The translations under genes were made by a program, and so were the position numbers. From positions 1-64,000 of the forward strand of contig NW_021833255.1 of assembly GCF_006345805.1 (NCBI RefSeq): 64,000 bases of DNA, written 5' to 3'. Below are positions 53,185 to 64,000 of the stretch, in pieces. This DNA comes from Octopus sinensis. Its lineage: Eukaryota. The number at the start of each line of letters is the position of its first letter. The first letter of the stretch is position 1. Under the pieces are notes generated by a model. The model was not told the origin of the DNA and did no database searches. It saw only the letters and a program-made list of their open reading frames with translations.

Positions 53185-54744
53185 TATATATATACACATA
53201 TATACCCCCTTATACATTTGTGTAGCTTATAAAGCTTATAGAGAGTTTATAATCTCTTTTCATAACACTCATCGTATAATGCAATATCATATTTTATACT
53301 TATAATTAAACGTTGTGTTATTAATTTTTTATATTTGATATTTTTATACATTTAAATATCCTTTTATATACTTTCCTAGCTGTTGTAACACATAAATCAT
53401 TTTTTGTAATGTCTTTTTATATAATTTACTGGATATGGAAATCCTTATTTTAGTATATTTTTAAATCATGCAACATTCATTAACTGTTTACCTGCCCAAA
53501 GCGGTTTAGTTATCCCTTCTACACTTAGTATGCCTCTAACTCAATTACCCTTTATATTGGATACCATATTTTACGATATCTTATACTTATCGTCCTGTAA
53601 TTAAGTAAATAGTTCTTGTTATTGATTTGATATATACTATGTATATACCAAATATACTGAATTTAATTCAGTTATACTTATAACAACTTTGGGAGCTGTT
53701 ATACGAGTTCTTTGTTATTTTGTATCGATATGTGTGTGGGTGCGTGTACGTGTGTGTAAGTATGTGTATGTATTTGGTGAGTTTTAAATAAATAAGTAAT
53801 TTTTATCCAAGTCCCGACTACCCTCTTTTTCTTAATATACATGCATGCATATATAATTATATATGCAGATGTGTATATATAGGTGTGGTTGTGTGGTAAG
53901 AAGCTTGCTTCCCAACCACTTGGTTCTGGGATCAGTCTCGCTGTGTAGCACTATGAGTATCTTCTGCTACAGCCTTGGGTCGACCAATGCCTTATGAATA
54001 GATTTCCATAGACGTAAACGGAAAGAAGTTCATCGAATACCTAGATGATATGTCTATGTGTGGTGTCATTACAGGTAGGTTTGTGTTTGTCCCCCTCCCC
54101 ACTGCTTGATGACCAGTGTTTGTGCGTTTACGTCTTCGTAACTTAGCGGTTCAGCAAAAGAAACTCATAAAATAAATAACAGGGTTAGGAAAAATAAGTA
54201 CTAGGATCCGGTCATTCCATTTCCAAAAAGATGTATACACATCGTCGTATATATGTATATATGTATGTATGTGTGTGTGTTTGTGTGTCTGTGTTTGTCC
54301 CCCTAGCATTGCTTGACAACCGATGCTGGTGTGTTTATGTCCCCGTTACTTAGCGGTTCGGCAAAAGAGACCGATAAAATAAGTACTGGGCTTACAAAAG
54401 AATAAGTCCCGGGGTCGAGTTGCTCGATTAAAGGCGGTGCTCCAGCATGGCCGCAGTCAAATGACTAAAACAAGTAAAAGAGGGAGAGTAAAAGAGTACA
54501 TATTTCTTTACTACCCACAAGGGGCTAAACATTGAGTGGACAAACAAGGACAGACAAAGGGATTAAGTCAGTTATATTGAACCCCAGTGCGTAACTGTTA
54601 CTAATTTAATCGACCCCGAAAAGATGAAAGGCAAAGTCGACCTCGGTGGAATTTGAACTCAGAACATAACAGTAGACGAAATACCGCTAGATATTTCGGC
54701 CGGCGTGCTAACGATTCTGCCAGCTCGCCGCCCTAAGATGTTAT

Positions 54745-54909
54745 ACACTTATCAGGAGGGGAAAAATCTGTATAAATATTTTTATTCCGTGTTATCGCAA
54801 TATATTCGGTGTGATCGCAATTTGATAAAGCACCGAAAGAGGTATCTGTATTTATAGGGGTATTTATACAAGTTGAATATTTATACAGATTTTTCCTTTC
54901 CTGAAGTGT
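54745..54909. mobile_element. Small MITE-like inverted repeat element
   Basis: About 35 bp imperfect TIRs (CAGGAGGGGAAAAATCTGTATAAATATT / AATATTTATACAGATTTTTCCTTTCCTG). Confidence 0.5.
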
Positions 54910-55098
54910 GTAGAAATTTTTTTGGGGTAGACCCTGTATACAGTGGCTGTGTGGTAAGAAGCTTGCTTACCAACCACATCGTTCCGGCTTCAGTCCCACT
55001 GCGTGGCACCTTGGGCAAGTGTCTTCTACTGTAGCCTCGGGCCGACCAAAGCCTTGTGAGTGGATTTGGTGGACGGAAACTGAAAGAAGCCCGTCGTG

Positions 55099-55293
<195 letters not shown>

Positions 55294-55310
55294 GTCTCTC
55301 TGTCTCTCTG

Positions 55311-55345
<35 letters not shown>

Positions 55346-58300
55346 CTATTTATATATATACATATATATATATACACACATATATATATATACATATGTA
55401 TGCATGCATATATATATGAATCTGTTTGTGTGTGTGTCTGTGTTTTGTTTGTTCCTCGCACTCGCTTGACAACCGATGCTGGTGTGTTTACGTCCCCGTA
55501 ACTTAGCGGTTCGCCAAAAGAGACCGACCGAATAAGTCCTTCGGTCGATTTGTTCGACTAAAGGCGGTGCTCCAGCATGGCCGCAGTCAAATGAACGAAA
55601 CCAGTAAAAGAATGCAAGGGTAATATATATCTATTTATGTGTTTGTTTGTGTGTGTGTGCGTTTGCGTAAGGTTTTACAGGGTTAAGTATGCGTTTCATT
55701 TATGTTTCAGTGAATGAATATGTCAGTGTACGTGTGAGACTGTATGTATATGAGTGTATAAAACTGTGTATATACAATACTACGTATACAAAATTTTGTG
55801 CCGGTGGTGAATAACAAAACGTACTTACAGCGTTACAATAGAATACTTGTCCCTGCGGAATGCCTGCGTTCCGTGATTCCATTGGATGAATTATACACAT
55901 CCACATTTGTACAAGTGTATACATTTAGTGATTAAGTTGTTTTTTTCTTAATACGTTATCTCCAGAGGATAATCCCATTTGTGCTGGCTACGAGATTTAA
56001 ATGATCAACGCTACTGGAGGTCATTCAGATCTTTCTCAAAATGGTCGTTCAGTTACTTCTCTCTCAAAATGTCGTAAGCGGTTGTTTTCTCGGTAGATTT
56101 GTTTAAATATAAAGTAAATGAATTATCAATTACTTTGTGTGAAAAAAGTGACATTTTATTTCACATTCTTAAACCTTTCTAAGTATCGTATTCTCGACAT
56201 TCATCTGGCGACTGGCCATCGGAATTGCGACTGTTAAATCTGCGTGCTCCAGATTCAGCTGTCTCTAACATTTCTCATATTACGAAGGGAAGATCTTTTC
56301 GTGTTATTTTATATTATTCACTTTTGAAGTTTCATTTGTTGTATTTTCGTTTGTTGTCTATTTTGTGACATTGTCTTTCATAAATAGAATATAAAGTGCT
56401 TTGTACTTTCGATGAGTCAATTACAATGGTTTTGTTGGTTACTCATAGGCCATCGTATTTATGTATGGTTCGCTTTTATTTTAATATCAGTGTGTACTAA
56501 GGCGGCGAGCTGGCAGACACGTTAGCACGTCAGCCGGAATGCTTAGCAGTATTTCGGCTGCCATTACGTTCTGAGTTCGAATTCCACCGAGGTTGACTTT
56601 GCTTTTCATCCTTTCGGGGTCGATAAATTAAGTACCAGTTACGCACTGGGGTCGATGTAATCGACTTAACCCGTTTGTCTGTCCTTGTTTGTTCCCTCTG
56701 TGTTTAGCTCCTTGTGGGCAGTAAAGAAATAGGTATTTCATCTGGCGTTACGTTCTGAGTTCAAATTCCGCCGACGAGTACCAGTTAGGCACTGGGGTCA
56801 ATGTAATCGACTTAATCCCTTTGTCTTTCCTTGTTTGTCTCCTCTATGTTTAGCCCCTTGTGGGCAATAAAGAAATAAGAAACGTTAGCACGCCAGGCGA
56901 AATGTTTAGCGCTATTTCGTCTGTCTCTACGTCCTGAGTTCAAATTCCATGGAGGTCGACTTTGCCTGTCATTCTTTCGGGGTCGATAAATTAAGTACCA
57001 TTTGCGTATTGTGGTCAATGTTGGAAACTCCACAAGCTGTAAAATTCAGAATAGGAATGACTTTTAGGCGCAGAAGTGGCTGTGGGCTAAGTAACTTGCT
57101 TATCAACCACATGGTTCCAGGTTCATTCCCACTGCGTGGCACCTTAGGCAAGTGTCTTCTACTATAGCCTCGGGCCGACAAAAAAACTTGTGAGTGGATT
57201 TGGTAGACGGAAACTGAAAGAAGCCCGTCGTATGTATGTATATGTGTATGTGTGTGTGTGTAGATGCTCGATTAAAGGCGGTGCTCCAGCATGGCCGCAG
57301 TCAAATGACTGAAACAAGTAAAAGAGTAAATGAGTAAAATAAATAACAACAACAATATCAAGAACAATAACAGTATTATGTAATGTTTCCTTTTATTATT
57401 ACAATTTGGATCTTTTCAAGCATGCAACAAAAATATTTGATATAATGGCGCTGGAAAGAGAAACAAAACAGACTTAAATTGTTGCTGATTCAGTAAAATA
57501 CCTATCATTTTGAAGAGAGAGGATAATGTGTACGATAGAATTTGGCACATTATTTGATCGATACCGAAAGGAAGCAAGGCAATTCTGAATTCAGAGCATA
57601 AATCGTAGTCAAAAATTACGCAGACAGATTTTAGCGAATCTTTAAAGGATTCTACGCCTTCTCCTCACTTTTATATATGAGACCCAATTTCCATTTATAA
57701 TTCTAATAAAACGCAAAAAAGCACAGGGCCATTCTGGAGTAGTTTTACCATGACTAACTGGAGATGGTAAAATTATTAATTAGATTAAACACGCTGTAAA
57801 TGATTAATTACACAATAAGGCAACATAATTAAAACATATACAATTATTTAAACTATTTACCATACAGATAGAGTAACATACGCACACAAACAAACATATA
57901 GGTGGGAACCTACCAGATCGTTTGGACCGGAATATTCCACAAATTTAATCCTCACGACGCCATAAAACTGTTACGTATGCTTACATGTTACCTTATGTTA
58001 CCGTATCTGCTCATCGACGTATATAACTCCACACACGAGCAGGAATTAGCATTCGCATCTTCGCACGCACAAAAGTTACAGCATTAACATCGCCTGACGC
58101 ATTCCAAATATATTTTACACAGAGACGCCATTACGAATAAATACAGAAAAGGTATACAAACATCCACAGCCATACATACACGCACACATATACCTAAGAG
58201 CACGCGACTACGCTAGATTTCAGTGCGTTGAAGGCGCGCTAAAATGCAGAACAATCACCTAGGGGTTCTGAGCTCAATCCGAGGCAAGTTACTAAGGTGA

Positions 58301-58637
58301 ATCACAAGGCAGCAAAAGTCTGGAGAATACAACAGTCGAAACATAGTGAAAGCAGCAACCAAGATGCGAACACCATTCCCAATTAGGCATAATATACAAA
58401 TTCCTCATCTCAGAAATATAGGAACCCCATGTACGAGGGGATCGGGAAAAGCTCCTGCCTTTAAGGGTATCACGAAAGGAGTGGTTCTAGGACCAAACTT
58501 CCAGGTTCTTTTAACAGGGTTTAGAAAAACTGAAGTACCGCTGCGATACTTGTGATTCAGTATATATATATGTATATGTACATACATACATACATACATA
58601 CATACATACATACATACATACATACATAATATATATA

Positions 58638-58747
<110 letters not shown>

Positions 58748-58800
58748 ATTGGTGAGTTGAAGAAATGGAGCTGAACGCAGATTGAACAGAAATCGTTTTA

Positions 58801-58890
58801 TTTCATTCTACACGTGTTTCGAAAGGCACAAATTACCAAAATCCGATTGAATAATGGGACCATATTGTGTCTTTCTCTTCAGGAAGAAAA
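58801..58890 (-). ncRNA. Hammerhead ribozyme motif, left arm of fold-back
   Basis: Minus strand CUGAAGA 58882-58876; stem II GAAAGACACAA/UUGUGCCUUUC; GAAAC-ACGU-GUA; stem I UUUUCUUC/GAAUGAAA. Confidence 0.82.
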
Positions 58891-59086
58891 AAGGAAATCC
58901 GTTGGAAAAACAAAAACAGAACAGAGGCAGAGGCAAAAAACAAATCGAACTGTGCTCCTAAGAGCCCATGGCGAAACTGTTTATCAGTTAAACAGATAAA
59001 CAGTTTCGCCATGGGCTCTTAGGAGCACAGTTCGATTGTTTTTTTGCTCTGCCTCTGTTCTGTTTTTGTTTTTCCAACGGATTTCC

Positions 59087-59177
59087 TTTTTTTCCCTGAA
59101 GAGAAAGACACAATATGGTCCATTATTCAATCGGATTTTTGGTAATTTGTGCCTTTCGAAACACGTGTAGAATGAAA
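59087..59177 (+). ncRNA. Hammerhead ribozyme motif, right arm of fold-back
   Basis: CUGAAGA 59096-59102; same stem II; GAAAC-ACGU-GUA 59158-59169; stem I weaker than in the left arm. Confidence 0.75.
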
Positions 59178-59387
59178 TAAAACGATTTCTGTTCAATCTG
59201 CGTTCAGCTCCATTTCTTCAACTCACCAATAATGTTTAATTTCAATTATCCGCACCAACGCACGGTTGCAACGCCAGATGGTTGTACCTCCAACCGTGCT
59301 GTTCACTGCTGTGATTTTTGCTACTAAGGTATCGGTTAAACTTTTGATTAATCTACTACAAGATTATTCATCTTTCTATTTCACATA

Positions 59388-59420
<33 letters not shown>

Positions 59421-59435
59421 ATATTATATAATATA

Positions 59436-59488
<53 letters not shown>

Positions 59489-59748
59489 TAGAAATATGTT
59501 ACGAAAAGGAAATATAAAATACACGTGGAAATGTAAGGGTAAAATATGAAAAATCAACGAAAATACACATTGCAAATAGAAAAAGGCTATTTATGACAGG
59601 TAACGACAAATATATATATTTAGATTGACTGAGATAGTAATACGAGTCATAAAAGTCATTATTATGAGATGATTATAAGATGATAATAAAGTAAGACAAC
59701 ATAACGGACCATGGTTAACGCAAAGCTATTCATCGTTTGAACAACAAC

Positions 59749-59799
<51 letters not shown>

Positions 59800-60009
59800 C
59801 TGCATATATGTGTACATATATATCTATATCTATCTATCTATCTATCTAGCTATCTGTCTATCAATCGCCACAACAAATTATTTTTTCTCCCCTTGTTTCT
59901 TTCTGTGTTCCTTTCTGTAGTAGAGCGTAGAGATTATAAAATTGAAGCAAAACCAGTCAATATATATATATACACATATATGTATGTGTGTGTGTGTAGC
60001 AAACAAATG

Positions 60010-61470
60010 CTAAGCAATTTTATTTGATTGTGTGTCGCTATGATTAACGGAAGGTCCAGACTCTTCTGACCTTGCCCAATCTTGTATTTCTCCTCTTGCA
60101 AATATTGTATACAAGATTGCACCAGATAAACATATGGCAGCCAACAATGCAAACACAATCTGCCATTCTTCTTTAGTGCCGTTTGGGGTCAAGGCTTTCG
60201 TAGATAAGGGACAAATGCTGCTGGCTATTGTTCCAAAAGTGTTTGCAATTCCATATACAATACCTGCATATTTTGGAGCAATATCTTTGTTGTTCACGTA
60301 AACACCACCACAGACAAAAGACATTGTTACACCACAGAGAAATAACAGAAAACTTATTAGAACGGTTTGATCACATCTGAGGAAAGTTACGGCAATTAAT
60401 AAACATCCAGGTAGAATCAGAGAAAAGTCTTGGAACAAAACACGGACACAACGAGTTGACGCATATTTCTTGGAAAGTACAAAATCTGCCAGATTCCCAC
60501 ATAATGGTAGAGCAATGACTTGTCCAATTGAATTGGCAGACGACATTAAACCGTTGGATGTGATTTCAATTTTTAGTGCTTCGTTCATATACAGAGGAAG
60601 CAATACCTGTAAAGATGTTTGCATCCACTTGTTAGCGAACTTAGCGAAGTTAATTGCCCAAACTGCAGGTGAAGAAAATAATTTTTTCCATGGTACATTC
60701 TTAATTGCCTTTTTGTTTGTTATAGATGTATTAAGATAAGAACGTTCTTCGTCGGTGATTGTCGGGTGGTGTCCGGATTATCATAAACAAAATAACACCA
60801 TACACAGCAAACGCCAGCGATAAACTACCAAATACATAAAATATGGAACCCCATCATTATCAAAGCCATAAACACAAAGGTAACCTGATACTGAATGGCC
60901 TACGAAGGTACCTAGAAATTGACCAGCAAATGAAAACCCAATCAGTGAACCAATTTCCTGTGGCGGTCCCCAACGTCTAAATATTGAATGAATTGCTGGG
61001 TATATAGGTCCAGATACCATACCTGTTAAAATTCTAAGAACAAGCGTAATGTAACCACTAATTCGAGATAAACTTGGGTGAAGAACAGACAGAATAGAGG
61101 CTAAGATTAGTGAACCCGCCACAACTCTTTTCCCCCCGTATTTATCAGCCAAGAAACCACCCACAATATTAGACATAATAAATCCATAAAAGTACCCGGC
61201 CAACATGTTCGATTGTAATGTGGCACTCCATTCGAATTCTCCTTCAAAATTTTGGTTTATTGAATAATTATCTGAACCGGAACAGTGTTGGTTGTTTACA
61301 GAAATGTTAACTTCCTCAGTTGTACTATTGGGCGTTTTCAACATACAAACAAAAGCCATACTTAGATCGACTTTGAATGTTTGTATGAGTATAGAAACAA
61401 TAAAACAAGCGTAACACACTCTCCACCGACAGGAACAATAACGCTTCGTATACTCGATAAACTTAGACAT
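60010..61470 (-). pseudogene. SLC17A5-like: SLC17 sialin-like copy 6 (about three 1-nt deletions between ~60770 and 60860)
   Basis: ATG 61470; ORFs 60781-61497 and 60010-60624 are the N- and C-terminal halves; single-base losses in GFDNG(W), the following TM and DNPD(x)HPT. Confidence 0.87.
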
Positions 61471-62163
61471 TTTTATGTTCCGACTTCTAGTTCTCACAAT
61501 GTATTACTTGGAATTGAATGTTTGTACATATATTAATCCACGATAGATGTAACATAAATATGTAAACAATCTCTAAAGAAAGACTTGTTTAAGAAAATAT
61601 TACTTTGAGTGGATCAACGTATTGGTCTGGTTTATCAGATTTGATGATGTAGATGTTTATAGGTCACAATACTTTGGTATACTTTAACGGTAAAAAACAA
61701 GGAAGTTGTTTATCAATCATTAGAACATTAATAACCTATATACACCAGCTATGATCAAATTAGTAGTTTATTTTAATTTTCCTTTACTTAAAAATTAAAA
61801 AAAAATCACCTCTTCCAAAGGCAAATGCAAAAGTGCAGAGATGTGACAATAAGTTACTCAGAACACAGATTCGGAAATTCTGTTATAATCTGCAATGTTT
61901 GAGGCAAGAATTAATACCAATATTTCCAGTTCCTAAGGCGACGATCTGGCAGAAAGGTTAGGACACCGGGCGAAATGCTTAGTGGTAATTCCTCTGTCTT
62001 TATGTCTTGAGTTCAAATTCCATCAAGGTCGACTTTGCATTTCATCTTTTCGGGATCGCTAAATTAAGTACCAGTTGCGTACTGGGGTCGATCTAATCGA
62101 CTGGGATTCGTGGAAATGTGTGACCTGTACGAATATAAAGAATCAATATTCATTTATTATATA

Positions 62164-62210
<47 letters not shown>

Positions 62211-62242
62211 ACACCACACACACACACACACACACACCACAT

Positions 62243-62293
<51 letters not shown>

Positions 62294-62355
62294 CATTATT
62301 GGTGAATTGAAGAAATGGAGCTGAACGCAGAGATTGAACAGAAGAAATCGTTTTA

Positions 62356-62443
62356 TTTCATTCTACACGTGTTTCGAAAGGCACAAATTACCAAAATCCG
62401 ATTGAATAATGGGACCATATTGTGTCTTTCTTCAGGAAGAAAA
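62356..62443 (-). ncRNA. Decayed hammerhead motif (2-nt loss at base of stem II)
   Basis: Third copy of the 58.8 kb arm, directly upstream of a PLE RT frame. Confidence 0.6.
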
Positions 62444-62643
62444 AAAGGAAATCCGTTGGAAAAACAAAAACAGAACAGAGGCGGAGCAAAAAACAAATCG
62501 AACTGTGCTCCTAAGAGCCCATGGCGAAACTGTTTATCAGTGTATGTTGAGAACCGATGGCTGAAGAATTCAACGGGTCAGGCATCGGTCAATCATGTGG
62601 GTGAGGGTGTATAGATGTTCTTTGTGTTAAACACCGAATTCAA

Positions 62644-64000
62644 ATGAGAACTCAGCCGCTTAGCCCCAAGCAACCCAGATTTATAGTGAAGGACCATAAA
62701 CCTAACTTCCACACCAACCCAGCGCTAAGACTCATATGCCCTGCTAGATCTGATATCGGGATAATCAGTAAGTACAGTTTAGATAAATATATCCCTAGTT
62801 TAGTAAACAAGCTGAAGCTCAGCCTCTGGGCCAACTCCTCGCAGGTAGTGAAGTGGTTCTCTTCCATCCCCAATAAGAACCGTACTAGGTTCATTCAGTT
62901 TGATATCGCCAGCTTCTACCCCTCGATTAACCCTAGTGTGCTAAATAAGGCCCTCTGGCTTGCTCACAACAAGGCTGGCCTCACCAGAGAAGAGATAGAT
63001 ATCATTTTAGTTGCCAGGAATCGTTTATTAAGTTTGATAATAAGTTGTGGATCCGTAAAGATACTCCCAATGAATTTGATGTGCCTATGGGTAGTTCGGA
63101 TAGTGCGCGATGCGAGTCGATTTGGTGATAATAATATATATCATATATTCTCGACGAATTGTCCGACCATTCCCGGAGATCGCGGGCAGCCTGTATCGTG
63201 ACGATTGTCTGTTTTACCTGCAAAACACCACGAACAGAATAGTGCAGAAAACTAAGAGCAGGTTAGCTAGGTTTTTAATAGAATGGGCATGAGTATAGTG
63301 TTTTTGATAATGAACTCACCAAGGCTAATTTCCTAGACGTTACACTTAACCTTAATAGCGACTCATACTGCCCTTACCATAAGCCTTCCACTAATTTGAA
63401 GTATGTCAGTGTCTTCTCAAATCATGCCAAAACCGTAACAGACAATTTGGTTAAAAACATCTCTCTAAGATTGTCTGGCTTGTCCGCCAGTGCCGATATT
63501 TTTATGCAGAAAGCGGAATTTTATAACGCCGCACTATCCAAGGCCGGTTATAGGCAGAAGGTAATTTATATTGATCCGGCCCTTCCGATGCCATCATTCG
63601 GTCATCAGGATAGGGCCGTATATATAACATTAACATTTTAAGTAAGGACGGGAGCGCGGCGGATGCCGGGGTAGTCGCTCCCGCATTTAATTTAGCGAAC
63701 AAGGATAATTATCGGTCCGGGAGGTCTTACACTAACCCAAGACCCGTTATTCATCCGAGAATCACCCACCCGAATGCGAGAGCTGGCGTCCCGACCCATC
63801 ACACTGATAGGAATAAGCATATATGGTTTGTAATCCCCTTTGGTAAGCAGATTAGAACTAACCTCCCCCTCATGTTTAGACAAGCCATCGCCAATACTTC
63901 CCCAGAAATTCCAAATATTACTCCATGGTTAACTCACATAAAGTTAGGATAGCTTTCTCCAACACAAAAACCTCGCCCAGATAATCGCCTCCCATAATAA
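62644..64000 (+). mobile_element. Penelope-like element remnant (RT), runs off window end
   Basis: KDHKPNF, RLICPARSDIG, FIQFDIASFYPSI, LYRDD, FLDVTL, YVSVFSNH, NTKNLAQIIASHN; frameshifted. Confidence 0.88.

Noticed and set aside
58955-58990. CTAAGAGCCCATGGCGAAAC as a second hammerhead in the arm
   Set aside because: Core lacks G5 and there is no consistent stem I across the three copies.

Overview
AT-rich, microsatellite-laden eukaryotic DNA. The SINE families and repeat landscape suggest an Octopus-type cephalopod (inference). The only host genes I can support are six single-exon sialin-like SLC17 transporter copies: four on +, two on -. One is intact, three have single-base frameshifts, and two are broken by larger lesions. 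Two of them lie in a recent ~5-6 kb segmental duplication. The rest is transposon-derived: a near full-length CR1-type LINE, two Penelope-like (PLE) retroelement remnants, mariner/MITE pieces, R4/Dong-like and RTE tails, and many tRNA-derived SINEs. The most striking unannotated signal is a dense set of type I hammerhead ribozyme (HHR) motifs from several unrelated sequence families. About seven are intact or nearly so and several more are decayed. Most have a self-complementary stem III, often abut (TA)n tracts and often sit in fold-back inverted repeats; one marks the point where an SLC17 copy is truncated. PLE-borne hammerheads and octopus sialin expansion are both known in general; whether these particular elements and features are described cannot be determined without searches. 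All folds and alignments were done by eye.
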